From NCBI GenBank assembly GCA_945892985.1, contig CAMDDU010000004.1, positions 9,910 to 73,909 on the forward strand: a DNA stretch of 64,000 nt. The letters are read 5' to 3'. Made by a program: the position numbers and the translations under genes. This document shows positions 35,375 through 45,016 of the stretch, piece by piece. The stretch's first letter is position 1, and each line of letters opens with the position of its first letter. Source of the DNA: Bordetella parapertussis (GTDB lineage Bacteria > Pseudomonadota > Gammaproteobacteria > Burkholderiales > SG8-39). A model generated the notes under the pieces. It was not told the DNA's origin, searched no databases, and saw only the letters and a list, made by a program, of their open reading frames with translations.

Positions 35375-37267
35375 TTATATCGGCACACGAAAACGTTCCA
35401 CCCACAACGCCAATACCAATAAGGGCCAAAGCCGCGTGCTGTGCGACCCGCGTCCGGACAAATGCTCCGCAACATAGCGTTCTGTCACATCCTGACGAAA
35501 CCAGGGCGCCAGCGTGCGCTTATCAACCAAAGTGTCACGGAGCATGTCAGCCAGGTCTTCCTTCAGCCAGCGCGACAGCGGCACCGAAAATCCCTTTTTC
35601 GGCCGATCCATGAAACCAGCCGGCAACCAGTCTTTGAACGCCTCTTTGAGGATATGTTTGTGCCGGCCCGCAGCCGATAGTTTGTAATGCCCCGGCAAGC
35701 TCGCGGCAAATTCGATCAGGCGATGGTCAAGGAAGGGCGACCGGCATTCCAGTGAATTGGCCATGCTGGCGATATCCACCTTGAAAAGGATGTCCTCAGG
35801 CAGGTAAGTCGTCATATCCAGGGCGAGGTAGCGGTTGACGACATCATCGCCGGGCCGCTCGAAATGTTTTTCCAAGTATTCAGTCGTACGCGAAGCGCCA
35901 ATCGCCGCCCTAAAATTAGGCATTAGCATGTCCTGCTTCTCCGCATCCGGGAAAAATGCCAGTAGGTGCTTGTAGGCGTCGAGGCCGCGCATTTGGAGTA
36001 TTTCATCTGCGCGCGAAGCCGGGAAGCGCTTACCACGCCGGTCGGCGCGAAGACGCGATTCGAGCGCAATGGTCGCGCGTCGCATGCCGCGCCACAAGGG
36101 CTTCAGGCCGCGGCGCTCCAACCACTCGGCGCGGCGGATCTGGTAAAACCGCCGGTAGCCTGCAAACACTTCGTCGCCGCCGTCGCCAGTGAGCGCCACC
36201 GTCACCTGGGATCGCGCAAACTGCGAAACATAGAACGTTGGCATCACCGAGTTGTCGGCGAGGGGCTCTCCCAAATGGTCGATCATCTTCGGCATGATGT
36301 CCACCGCATCGGCTTTGACCATCATTTCGTTATGATCGGTGCGAAGGTGGGTCGCGATGTCCCTCGCTTGCGGCAATTCGTTAAATCGCTCGTCCTCAAA
36401 GCCGATGGAAAAGGTCTTTAACGGAGAAGCGCCAAGGTGCGCCATCGCTGCCACCGTAATGGTCGAATCGATACCACCGGACAGAAAAGCACCCAGGGGC
36501 ACATCCGACACCAGGCGCAGCTTGGTGGCCTCGAGCACCTGCTCGCGTAGCGCCTCGCAAGCGTCCTTGAACGACAAGGCACTGCGTTTGGTAAGGTCGA
36601 CATCCCAATAACGGAATAGCCTTTCGATCTTGCCATTTTTCACAACCATCGCATGCGCCGGCGGCAATTTCCGAATAGCCGCAAACCCGGACATGGGCGC
36701 AGGAATGTACTGAAAACTGAGGAAATGATCGAGCGCCTGGTAGTCGGGTTGGCGCGGCAGGGCCGGATCCAGTGCAAAGAGGGCCTGAATTTCGGACCCG
36801 AACAGAAAACCGTGTGGCGTTTGGGCGTAGACCAGCGGCTTTACGCCAAGCCGGTCTCTCGCGATAGACAGTGTTTTTTCAAGCCGATCCCAAACAGCAA
36901 AGGCGAACATACCGCGCAGCTTCGCGAGGCACTTTTCCAGCCCCTCTCGCGCAAACAAGCGCAGCAGCACCTCGGTATCGGAATGGCCGCGAAAGATTTC
37001 ACCCGCGCTCGCCAGGTTTTCTCGAAGCTCCCGAAAGTTGTAAATCTCGCCATTGAAAATAATGACGTAACGCCCGTCCGGACTATGCATGGGCTGATGG
37101 CCCAACTCGGATAGATCGAGAATGGAAAGGCGGACGAAACCCAGCGCAGCCGCATCTTCACGCCAGATGCCATTGTCGTCAGGCCCGCGATGATGCAGGC
37201 TGGCAATCCCGCGCTCAAGGTCGACCCGCCCCCCGGGGGCCACGATGGCGCCGACGATGCCACACAT
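35375..37267 (-). CDS. Asparagine synthase (glutamine-hydrolysing) family amidotransferase, glycan-locus paralogue 2
   Basis: MCGIVG N-terminal nucleophile, PP-loop FLSGGIDST, 630 aa. Confidence 0.85.
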   Translation of the reverse strand: MCGIVGAIVAPGGRVDLERGIASLHHRGPDDNGIWREDAAALGFVRLSILDLSELGHQPMHSPDGRYVIIFNGEIYNFRELRENLASAGEIFRGHSDTEVLLRLFAREGLEKCLAKLRGMFAFAVWDRLEKTLSIARDRLGVKPLVYAQTPHGFLFGSEIQALFALDPALPRQPDYQALDHFLSFQYIPAPMSGFAAIRKLPPAHAMVVKNGKIERLFRYWDVDLTKRSALSFKDACEALREQVLEATKLRLVSDVPLGAFLSGGIDSTITVAAMAHLGASPLKTFSIGFEDERFNELPQARDIATHLRTDHNEMMVKADAVDIMPKMIDHLGEPLADNSVMPTFYVSQFARSQVTVALTGDGGDEVFAGYRRFYQIRRAEWLERRGLKPLWRGMRRATIALESRLRADRRGKRFPASRADEILQMRGLDAYKHLLAFFPDAEKQDMLMPNFRAAIGASRTTEYLEKHFERPGDDVVNRYLALDMTTYLPEDILFKVDIASMANSLECRSPFLDHRLIEFAASLPGHYKLSAAGRHKHILKEAFKDWLPAGFMDRPKKGFSVPLSRWLKEDLADMLRDTLVDKRTLAPWFRQDVTERYVAEHLSGRGSHSTRLWPLLVLALWVERFRVPI

Positions 37268-38370
37268 TAGCGGCCCCCTTTCAATAGCACTTCCAGTTGG
37301 GCCGAAGTCCTCGCCCAGGTGAATTGGGCCTCGACGCGCCGGCGTGCAGCCTCGCCCATTTGCCGCAACCTCGCTCGGTCACTCAAGGCCTCGTTCAAGG
37401 CAAGCGTCCATGCCGTTTCATCGCCCGGAGTCGCCAACCAGCCCGTTTCACCATCAGCCACAACTTCAGGCAAGCCGCCATTGCGCGAAGCAAGCACAGG
37501 CAGGCCACAAGCCATCGCCTCAGCCACACTGATGCCAAAGGCTTCTTCGCCTATGGAAGGCTGCACGTAAAGATCAGCCTCGCTCAATACACCAGGCAGG
37601 TCGGCGTGAGCAACCCGCCCGGCAAAATGAACCCGATCAGCCACCCCGAGGGCGCTAGCCTGGGCTTTCAAGTTAGCCTCCTCAGGCCCGGCACCGACCA
37701 CCAGATAACGCACGTCCGGCGCGAGTTGCGGCAATACGGAAATGATGATGCGCAGGCCTTTCCAGCCGACCAGCCTTCCCACGCTGGCCAGGATGCGCGC
37801 GTCAGACGGAAAACCCCAGGTCGCACGACGCGCCGGGTCGCGCAGCATGGGACGAAAACCTTCGATGTCCACGCCGTTGTGCACGATCGATACCGCGCGG
37901 CCGTAACGCAACTCCTGCTGGCGCGCCGTGTAGCGGCTGACACCCACCAGGTGGTCAATGGCGCCAACGAACCAGCGGTCACCGGCAAAAAAATCCGTAC
38001 CCCCGGTGTGAAACAAGGTCACGGCTTTCATTCCACGCTGCCGCGCCCACCACATGACGGGAAAATCAAAGGGTTTGCATATCACGATCGCGTCGTATGC
38101 GCCCGATAGCAGGTGATCCAACGCATGGCGGGCAAACGAAAGGCGTTCCATCAACCGCTGGAAGCGATGCCCGAAGTTCGGCCAATCCTGCTCGAGTCGG
38201 AACGGAAATTGCACAAGCCGCAGCTCGTCATGCCAGGCCCCGCCCCTATCCCCCGCCACCAGGGTGACTTCATGTCCACGTCGTGCGAGAGCCCTGCCCA
38301 TTTCCCAGTAATAGGTTTCGAGCCCACCCGGAATAAAGCAACTGGTGACGTTGTACATGCAAATTTTCAT
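37267..38370 (-). CDS. Glycosyltransferase family 4 (GT-B)
   Basis: ATG 38370 (MKICMYNVTSCFIPGGLETYYWEM..) forms an ATGA overlap with the ligase-family stop. YVQPSIGEEAFGISVAEAMACGLPVLASRNGGLPEVV (E-x7-E). Confidence 0.8.
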   Translation of the reverse strand: MKICMYNVTSCFIPGGLETYYWEMGRALARRGHEVTLVAGDRGGAWHDELRLVQFPFRLEQDWPNFGHRFQRLMERLSFARHALDHLLSGAYDAIVICKPFDFPVMWWARQRGMKAVTLFHTGGTDFFAGDRWFVGAIDHLVGVSRYTARQQELRYGRAVSIVHNGVDIEGFRPMLRDPARRATWGFPSDARILASVGRLVGWKGLRIIISVLPQLAPDVRYLVVGAGPEEANLKAQASALGVADRVHFAGRVAHADLPGVLSEADLYVQPSIGEEAFGISVAEAMACGLPVLASRNGGLPEVVADGETGWLATPGDETAWTLALNEALSDRARLRQMGEAARRRVEAQFTWARTSAQLEVLLKGGR

Positions 38371-39563
38371 GGCACCGCCGGTCGCGCCGTTGGTAGCGAC
38401 AGCCGACAACCCAGGCCAAGCAACATTCCATTTAATGCCCAAAACAACAAGGCTTGGTCACGTACAAACATATCGTTGACCATATTCCGCAAAAATACGC
38501 CAAGAACAAGCGCAATGCCACACACGCCGATCATCACCAGCCGCCGATCGCCTGAACGCCAAAACCGCAAATATTCACGCAGCAACGCGCCAAATACCAA
38601 CAGTATGGCCACCATCCCCGGTAAGCCCATTGAGAGTCCATAGTTGAGGACGACATTGTGCCCGTGCCAGAGCATCAGGTTGTCAGGAGGAACAAGATCC
38701 GGATGGGCCTTACTCAGCGCGCGACGTCCAAATCCCGCTCCGCTCCAGGGCGTTTCCAAAATGCGCGCTACCACCTTAGGGAAAAAAAATAATCGACCGT
38801 CTTTGTTCATGACCGTACTTGGCTGCGCAATGGCTTGGAAGCGCGTTGCCTGTGTCAGCTGTAAAGCGAGTAAAGTCGCCAAGGCGACCAAAATAAGCAT
38901 TCCCGCGACACGCTTGATACCAAACCGAAACCGCGTGCCGCAAAGGATTAACGCCACCAAGACCTGTACAAACAAAACTGGCCAAATAATTCGCTGCAAA
39001 CAGTAATAGCCCGCGATAAGCAACAGACCGAGCAGCGCCCAAGACAGGCGGCGCAGCCATTTATCATCGGATAGAAATAAAAGCAGGCACGCCATCGGTG
39101 CGACAGCCACAAGGTAGCCTGCAAATGCAGCCGATCCTCCAAAGGGGTAGGCGCTCGATTCGCTCCACAATCCAAGCTGGGCGCGCATCCACAGAGCGCT
39201 GATACACAACACCAACGCGCCCGCGCTCAGGGCGAGCAAAAACCACCTTATCCGCCGCCATTCGCTCGTGATGACGAAAAACCCAATAAAAACCATCATC
39301 GTGTACATCAACTCATTTTTGACCTCCGACAGGCTGTAGTCCGGGTCTACCGCATAAAAAAGTGATGCAAGTACTGTTGCTCCCCAAAACAACAACACTG
39401 GTAAAAATGGAATCTGCGGAACCGATGATCGCCTCCAGACAAACATCGCGTAGACAAAGGCAAGCGCAACGCACAGCAGGCGAAACGCCACCGTTCCGGA
39501 AAAGGGCAGGATAAACAGCAGCAGCATAAAGGGCAGCAAACCCGCTTCGGTAAAGCGCCTCAT
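38367..39563 (-). CDS. O-antigen ligase (WaaL)/O-antigen polymerase family membrane protein
   Basis: ~10-12 TM helices and the Wzy_C-like region WHGHNVVLNYGLSMGLPGMVAILLVF (H-x-N...G..G). Embedded among core glycosyltransferases. Confidence 0.7.
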   Translation of the reverse strand: MRRFTEAGLLPFMLLLFILPFSGTVAFRLLCVALAFVYAMFVWRRSSVPQIPFLPVLLFWGATVLASLFYAVDPDYSLSEVKNELMYTMMVFIGFFVITSEWRRIRWFLLALSAGALVLCISALWMRAQLGLWSESSAYPFGGSAAFAGYLVAVAPMACLLLFLSDDKWLRRLSWALLGLLLIAGYYCLQRIIWPVLFVQVLVALILCGTRFRFGIKRVAGMLILVALATLLALQLTQATRFQAIAQPSTVMNKDGRLFFFPKVVARILETPWSGAGFGRRALSKAHPDLVPPDNLMLWHGHNVVLNYGLSMGLPGMVAILLVFGALLREYLRFWRSGDRRLVMIGVCGIALVLGVFLRNMVNDMFVRDQALLFWALNGMLLGLGCRLSLPTARPAVP

Positions 39564-40771
39564 CCTGCGACCCTAGCTTGCCTGTCCAGCAAGCGGTCGT
39601 ACAGATTCTCAAACTCTTCGCATACGCGCGACCAATCGAAATCACGTTCTATCTTGGCCTGCAGCCAGCGCCCGGCGGCTTCGCGTCGCTGCGCATCGGT
39701 CACGTAGGCATCAACGGCTTGGCAAAGCTCTTGCGGATTGGCCGGATCGGCGACAAATTCAAACCCCGCACACTCTTGCAAAAATTCGGTGACCCCCCCT
39801 CGCGCCGCCGCGACAATAGGCAGGCCGGCTGCGGCGGCCTCCAGCATCACTGTGGGGAAGGGATCGTCCCACAAGGATGGCAAGACGAACACGTCTCCTG
39901 CAAGCAGAAACTCATGCATCTGTGCCGGGTGCAGGCTGCCCACCCAACGCACCCCGGGCATGGCCGCCATACGCGCGACAACAGCCCGTCCATATACGGC
40001 CTTCTCATTACGAGGGTCATCGCTGTCGCGCACATTGCCCGCAACGAGCAGGCGAACACGATCGCCACGCACTGCCCGCAGTCGCTCATATGCATCGAGT
40101 AATTCCTGAACCCCTTTTTCTTTCACCAGTCGCCCGGCAAAGAGCAACACGACAGCCTCCGGATCATCCACGCCGTATTTTTCCCGCATCGCGCTTCGCT
40201 GCGCGGGCGCAAGTTCCCAATGCGGCCTGCAGCGCGCGGTATCAACGCCCGTATAAATAACACTGACGCGCTCTGCGGCGATACCGTTTGAATTCACCAG
40301 CCATTGCGCCATGTAGTGGCTGCAGGCTACCCAGTGCCTTACTGCGGCAAGCGCATCCCTCGGAAGCGGCTTTTCGTTCGCCACGTGCACCACGGCAGGC
40401 ATTGCCGCACGACGGATCTGCTCATGCAAAGCGGCAAGCAGTTTGGGTTCGTTGTGGATATGCACAAGCGCCGCGCCCTCGTCGCGCGCGATGCGCCACA
40501 TGCGCTGCGCATAGGGAAGTGGATCGAGCCGGGTAATTTTCTGCAACAGCCGCCGATAAAGACGTCCGATGCGAACCCGCCGCACCTGCATGGCGTCAAA
40601 GGACTCTCGCTCGACTTGCTCAGCAAAGGCCCGGCAAATGACAACCGGGCGATAGCGGCGTTGCCGGCGGGCCACCTGCTCGACGCGTAGCTCGGTTCCG
40701 GCCGGATAGACGGGCGGGAAGGGATTGTGGTCGGGCAAGAGGTGAGCGACCGTGACAGTGGGGCGAAGCAT
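39560..40771 (-). CDS. Glycosyltransferase family 4 (GT-B)
   Basis: ATG 40771 (MLRPTVTVAHLLPD..) shares one base with the upstream stop (TGATG). VLPSLWDDPFPTVMLEAAAAGLPIVAAARGG (E-x7-E region). Confidence 0.8.
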   Translation of the reverse strand: MLRPTVTVAHLLPDHNPFPPVYPAGTELRVEQVARRQRRYRPVVICRAFAEQVERESFDAMQVRRVRIGRLYRRLLQKITRLDPLPYAQRMWRIARDEGAALVHIHNEPKLLAALHEQIRRAAMPAVVHVANEKPLPRDALAAVRHWVACSHYMAQWLVNSNGIAAERVSVIYTGVDTARCRPHWELAPAQRSAMREKYGVDDPEAVVLLFAGRLVKEKGVQELLDAYERLRAVRGDRVRLLVAGNVRDSDDPRNEKAVYGRAVVARMAAMPGVRWVGSLHPAQMHEFLLAGDVFVLPSLWDDPFPTVMLEAAAAGLPIVAAARGGVTEFLQECAGFEFVADPANPQELCQAVDAYVTDAQRREAAGRWLQAKIERDFDWSRVCEEFENLYDRLLDRQARVAG

Positions 40772-41886
40772 CAGTGCAAAGTGCGCCTTAGCGCCGAAAA
40801 AATCTCGTCGACGCCAATTTGGTCCATGCAGTTTTTCGGCACATACGGGCATTGCTTTTCCACACAAGGCTCACACGTCCGCGGCTTTTGCACGATGGTC
40901 GGCTTGGCATTTCCCGCCCGCGGCCCTATCAGCGTGGAAAAGGTCGGCGCATACAAGGCGACCAAGGGGATATCCAGTGCGCTCGCAAGATGGCCAATCC
41001 CTGTGTCTGGGGCCACCACGCAGGCGGCACCAGCCAACACTGCGGCCGTACCGGCGATATCCAGCCGGCCGGCAAAGTTGTGCACGCCCGGTATGCCGTC
41101 CGCCAGCTCCGCCAGAGGCGCCCGATCCTGCCCACCGCCTGTCAACACAATGGCGTGCGATGGCCAGGTCATCCGGGCTTGTTCCAACAATTGCCGCACT
41201 TTTTCAAGCGGCCACACCTTGTACGCATCGGCCGCATACACATGCATCACCCAATACGGCCCGGCACCGATCTCATCGCGTAGCATTGCTGCGCTTTTAC
41301 GCGCAGCCTCCTCCGCCAGAAATACCCGCGGCGAATTGCCTGCGGGCGCGATCCCCAAGGTGTCCAGGATACGCAGGCGATTCTCGATGTAGTGGACGCC
41401 CGGCAGCGTCGTCTGGTCGACTTTGCGTTCCCGGTTGGAAAGCAAAAATCCGTAGCGTGTGCCGGTCGTGGGAATGCGCACAATGAACGGACTGCCGGAA
41501 AGATAGCAAAGCGGAAGAATATCGGGGTCATTGCCGTGCAGGACAAGGGTCAAATCCGGACTGAAATCGCGCAACGCGCGCAGGGTGGCAAAAAAACGGC
41601 GGTACTTCCCCGAATAGGGAATAAGCGCGTCAAGATCCGGATCTGCCGCAAACAGGGGGGCCCAGGCGGCGCGACAAAAAAGCCGGATATCAGCTTGGGG
41701 CAGTGCCGCGCGTAGCGCCGGCAATACGGGCGTCGACAGCACCGCATCGCCCAGCCCCGTGGTCAGCACCACGAGAACCCGCTTGACCTCATCCAACTGC
41801 AATTGCGCGAGCGGCCGAACCGGCATGGTGCCGGTCCTGCGCCGAACGTGGGAGAACAGCAGGGAATCGATAAAAGGCAGATTCAT
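40771..41886 (-). CDS. Glycosyltransferase family 9 (heptosyltransferase-like)
   Basis: VKRVLVVLTTGLGDAVLSTPVLPALRAAL.. and VVAPDTGIGHLASALDIPLVALY. A C-terminal Cys cluster (CEPCVEKQCPYVPKNC). ATGA overlap upstream. Confidence 0.8.
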   Translation of the reverse strand: MNLPFIDSLLFSHVRRRTGTMPVRPLAQLQLDEVKRVLVVLTTGLGDAVLSTPVLPALRAALPQADIRLFCRAAWAPLFAADPDLDALIPYSGKYRRFFATLRALRDFSPDLTLVLHGNDPDILPLCYLSGSPFIVRIPTTGTRYGFLLSNRERKVDQTTLPGVHYIENRLRILDTLGIAPAGNSPRVFLAEEAARKSAAMLRDEIGAGPYWVMHVYAADAYKVWPLEKVRQLLEQARMTWPSHAIVLTGGGQDRAPLAELADGIPGVHNFAGRLDIAGTAAVLAGAACVVAPDTGIGHLASALDIPLVALYAPTFSTLIGPRAGNAKPTIVQKPRTCEPCVEKQCPYVPKNCMDQIGVDEIFSALRRTLH

Positions 41887-43001
41887 TTTTCGAGTGCGGC
41901 TCGCACCAGCGTGCCCTTGCCCATCACATCGCGGAAAATCGCCTCCATACGCGTGAGCATGATGTCCGCGGAAAACCGGGCCTGCGCTTCAATAATTGCC
42001 GCCCGTCCCAAGCGCTCGCGCAGCGGCGCGTCATCGCGTAGTCGCACCATCGCCGCGGCAAGCGCCTCTGGATCTTGCGGCCGCACCATCATCGCGGTGA
42101 CGCCATCACGGGCGATCTCGCCAATCGCGCCGACATTGGTCGTTATAATCGGCAAGCCGCACGCCATTGCCTGCATGATGGCCTGTGGCACGCCCTCGTT
42201 CGCATAGGAGGGCAGAACAAAGGTGTCAAAGCTCTGCAGCCAGGGCACGACGTCTTCACGCTGCCCGGCCATGATCACGCGATCGGCGATGCCAAGCTCC
42301 TGCGCCTGACGGCGCAGGTTGGTTTCCCCAGGCCCCGCACCGACAATAACCACCTTCAAATGGCCGTCGTCAATCATGGCGAGGGCATCGAGCAAGTAAC
42401 GATGTCCTTTCCAACTGCGCAGGGTCGCCACGATCCCGACCAGAAAATCGTCCGCCGCAAGTCCGAGCGTCGCCCGGGACGCGAGCCGATCGCCGGCTCG
42501 GAAATGAGCAAGATCAATCCCGGTCGGAATGGACACCACACGCGCAGGGTCGGCAGCAGTTTCACGGACAACCTGCAGTCGCAAGGCCTCGCCTGTGGTC
42601 ACTATCCGCGCGGCTGCCCGCCTATAGAGCCAGCGCGTTCCCATGTTGGAGGGGATAGGCGCGGATATGTGCCTGGTGCGCACCACTGCAGGCGCATTCC
42701 TCAAGCCAATACAGGCAAGCGCGGTCAGCCAACTATCCGTGGAGCTATGCGTATTGACGATATCCACAGCCTCAGCTGAAAGAAAGGATCTGAGTGCGCG
42801 ATAGCCGGCAATGGTTTTGCGCTCAATGGGAACCGCACAGGCGGGCAGACCTCGCTTTAGGGCCTCCGCGTAAATGCGCGATTGCCGCGGGGCCGCAAGG
42901 CGAACCTGATGCCCGCGTCTGGCCATTCCGAGCGCCTCATTGAGAACGCGCAACTCCTGCCCGCCCCACCCGCATGAGGCCTCCGTATGCACGATCCTCA
43001 T
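41883..43001 (-). CDS. Glycosyltransferase family 4 (GT-B)
   Basis: MRIVHTEASCGWGGQELRVLNEALGMARRGH.. and VLPSYANEGVPQAIMQAMACGLPIITTNVG (E-x7-E). Confidence 0.8.
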   Translation of the reverse strand: MRIVHTEASCGWGGQELRVLNEALGMARRGHQVRLAAPRQSRIYAEALKRGLPACAVPIERKTIAGYRALRSFLSAEAVDIVNTHSSTDSWLTALACIGLRNAPAVVRTRHISAPIPSNMGTRWLYRRAAARIVTTGEALRLQVVRETAADPARVVSIPTGIDLAHFRAGDRLASRATLGLAADDFLVGIVATLRSWKGHRYLLDALAMIDDGHLKVVIVGAGPGETNLRRQAQELGIADRVIMAGQREDVVPWLQSFDTFVLPSYANEGVPQAIMQAMACGLPIITTNVGAIGEIARDGVTAMMVRPQDPEALAAAMVRLRDDAPLRERLGRAAIIEAQARFSADIMLTRMEAIFRDVMGKGTLVRAALEK

Positions 43002-43092
43002 GCGTTACCGCGCGAATGCACATCGCGCGCACCCAAGCCAAAGCGAACGATTTGCGTACGGAAGCCGTTCCCCGCACCAAAAACGCGACGAT

Positions 43093-44859
43093 TCATGCGT
43101 CTGAATCCTCCGGCAACTCGGCGAATTGGATCCGATAAAGACGCGCGTAAAGTCCATCGCGGGCCAAAAGCTCCGCATGGCTGCCAATCTCGGAAATTCG
43201 TCCGCGCGACATGACAACGATGCGATTCGCATGCTCGATAGTCGATAGCCGATGCGCGATGACAATCGTGGTCCTCCCCCGCATCAGGGTCGTGAGCGCC
43301 GCCTGCACATGCCGCTCCGATTCGCTATCGAGGGCCGAGGTTGCTTCGTCGAGAATGAGGACGGGAGCGTCTTTTAGCAACGCACGCGCAATCGCAATGC
43401 GCTGCCTCTGCCCCCCTGACAGGCGGACACCATTTTCTCCGATGAGCGTATCAAAGCCTTGCGGCATCTCGCGAATGAAATCCAGCGCATGTGCGGCGCG
43501 GGCGGCCTCCTCGATTGCCTCCCGCGAAGCGTCGCGCATGGCGCCATAAGCGATATTGCCGGCCACCGTGTCATTGAATAAAACCACGTCTTGGCTAACG
43601 AGTGCGATGTTGTCGCGCAAGTTTGCCAGCTTCAGCGCTTGCAGGTCATGTCCATCGAGGAGAATGCGCCCGGTCGTGGGTTGGTAGAAACGGGGAACCA
43701 GATTCACAAGGGAAGTCTTGCCGCCGCCGGAAGTTCCGACCAGTGCGACGGTCTCCCCCGGTGCGATGTTTAGCGAAACACCATCGAGAGCCGCACGCGA
43801 AGAGCCGAAATAGACCATCCCGACATTTTCAAAGCGAAGTTCACCCCGCGCGCGTGAGATCTCCTCGGTTCCCTCGTCAAGCTCCTGCGCCTCATCGATC
43901 AGCTCAAACACACTCTCGGCAGAGGCCAGGCCGCGCTGAAGCGGTGCATTGATATCCGCGAGGTGTTTAAGGGGGGTAAGCAACATGAGCATCGCGGTGA
44001 TGAACGAGACAAAGCTGCCCACGGTAAACCCGCCGCTTTCGGAATCCTGGATGGCGAGGCTGATGATAATGGCCAGCGCCAGCGCCGCGAACAATTGCGT
44101 GATTGGCACCGTCGCCGAAGCGGCGATGGTCTGGCGCATATTGAAACCGCGCAAGGCCTGGTTCGCGCGGTTAAATCGCTCGGCTTCGGCCGCCTGCCCG
44201 CCAAATATTTTCACCACACGGTGGCCTCCGATCGACTCCTCGAGCGAATGGGTGATGTCGCCCATAGCCTTCATCGAGCCCACGCTCATGCTTCGCAGGC
44301 GCTTGGAAAATACCTTGATCGCGATCGCAATTCCAGGCGCTATCAGAAAGGTGATAAGCGTAAGTTTCCAATTGAGCCAGAACAACCAACCGAGCAAACC
44401 GAGCACGGTAATGGAGTCGCGAACCAAAACCGTAAGCACGGTGGTCGCGGCGCTCGTAACCCCGCCCACATCGAAAGCAATTTTGGAGATCAGGCTTCCG
44501 GAGGACTGGTTGTCGTAGTAACGCACCGGCAGTCGCAGCAATCGACGAAACATCGCGTTACGCAGATCCATCACGACGTGATTGGATACCCACGCGAGCG
44601 TGTAGGACCCAAGATAAGAAAGCACACCGCGAACGAGAAATATCCCGATCAACGCTGCCGGTATCAGGTAAGGGTTAGCGTTGCTTTTGTTTACGAAACT
44701 GCCGTCAAGCAGCGGCTTCAGCAAAGCCGGAAACAAGGGCTCGGTGGCGGCCGTCAAAACCATGCTCAATATGGCAAGTGCGAACACCTTCCAGTACGGA
44801 CGGACGTACCGAAGCAGCCGAAAATACAATTCACGTGAACCGGGAGCGGACGAAGCCAA
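43093..44859 (-). CDS. msbA: Lipid A export ABC transporter, fused permease/ATPase
   Basis: Six N-terminal TM helices, Walker A GTSGGGKTS, signature LSGGQRQRIAIARA, Walker B VLILDEATSALD, H-loop IVIAHRLST. 588 aa, sitting inside a core-LPS operon. Confidence 0.85.
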   Translation of the reverse strand: MASSAPGSRELYFRLLRYVRPYWKVFALAILSMVLTAATEPLFPALLKPLLDGSFVNKSNANPYLIPAALIGIFLVRGVLSYLGSYTLAWVSNHVVMDLRNAMFRRLLRLPVRYYDNQSSGSLISKIAFDVGGVTSAATTVLTVLVRDSITVLGLLGWLFWLNWKLTLITFLIAPGIAIAIKVFSKRLRSMSVGSMKAMGDITHSLEESIGGHRVVKIFGGQAAEAERFNRANQALRGFNMRQTIAASATVPITQLFAALALAIIISLAIQDSESGGFTVGSFVSFITAMLMLLTPLKHLADINAPLQRGLASAESVFELIDEAQELDEGTEEISRARGELRFENVGMVYFGSSRAALDGVSLNIAPGETVALVGTSGGGKTSLVNLVPRFYQPTTGRILLDGHDLQALKLANLRDNIALVSQDVVLFNDTVAGNIAYGAMRDASREAIEEAARAAHALDFIREMPQGFDTLIGENGVRLSGGQRQRIAIARALLKDAPVLILDEATSALDSESERHVQAALTTLMRGRTTIVIAHRLSTIEHANRIVVMSRGRISEIGSHAELLARDGLYARLYRIQFAELPEDSDA

Positions 44860-45016
44860 GGAAAGTGGCGCTCGTAAAAGAGTGAATTATAACTGCTCTT
44901 CATCCCGTGTGAGTCTAGGCTTGGCGCGTATCACCGCCTGAAAATACGCCGCAAGAAGGCCAAACACCGACCCCGTTCGCGGGCACCCCATTCTTGAGCG
45001 CGCCGTCTGCGTCACG

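Noticed and set aside
43963-44838. Long antisense ORFs inside msbA. Similar ones lie inside the carbamoyltransferase (31100-31981), FkbH-like gene (3382-4200), GT4 genes (37297-38109, 46696-47520, 16590-17312) and GT9 gene (48139-48912).
   Set aside because: The reasoning is the same. Each overlaps a CDS with strong family motifs on the other strand, has no ribosome-binding context that I can see, and has a biased low-complexity composition.
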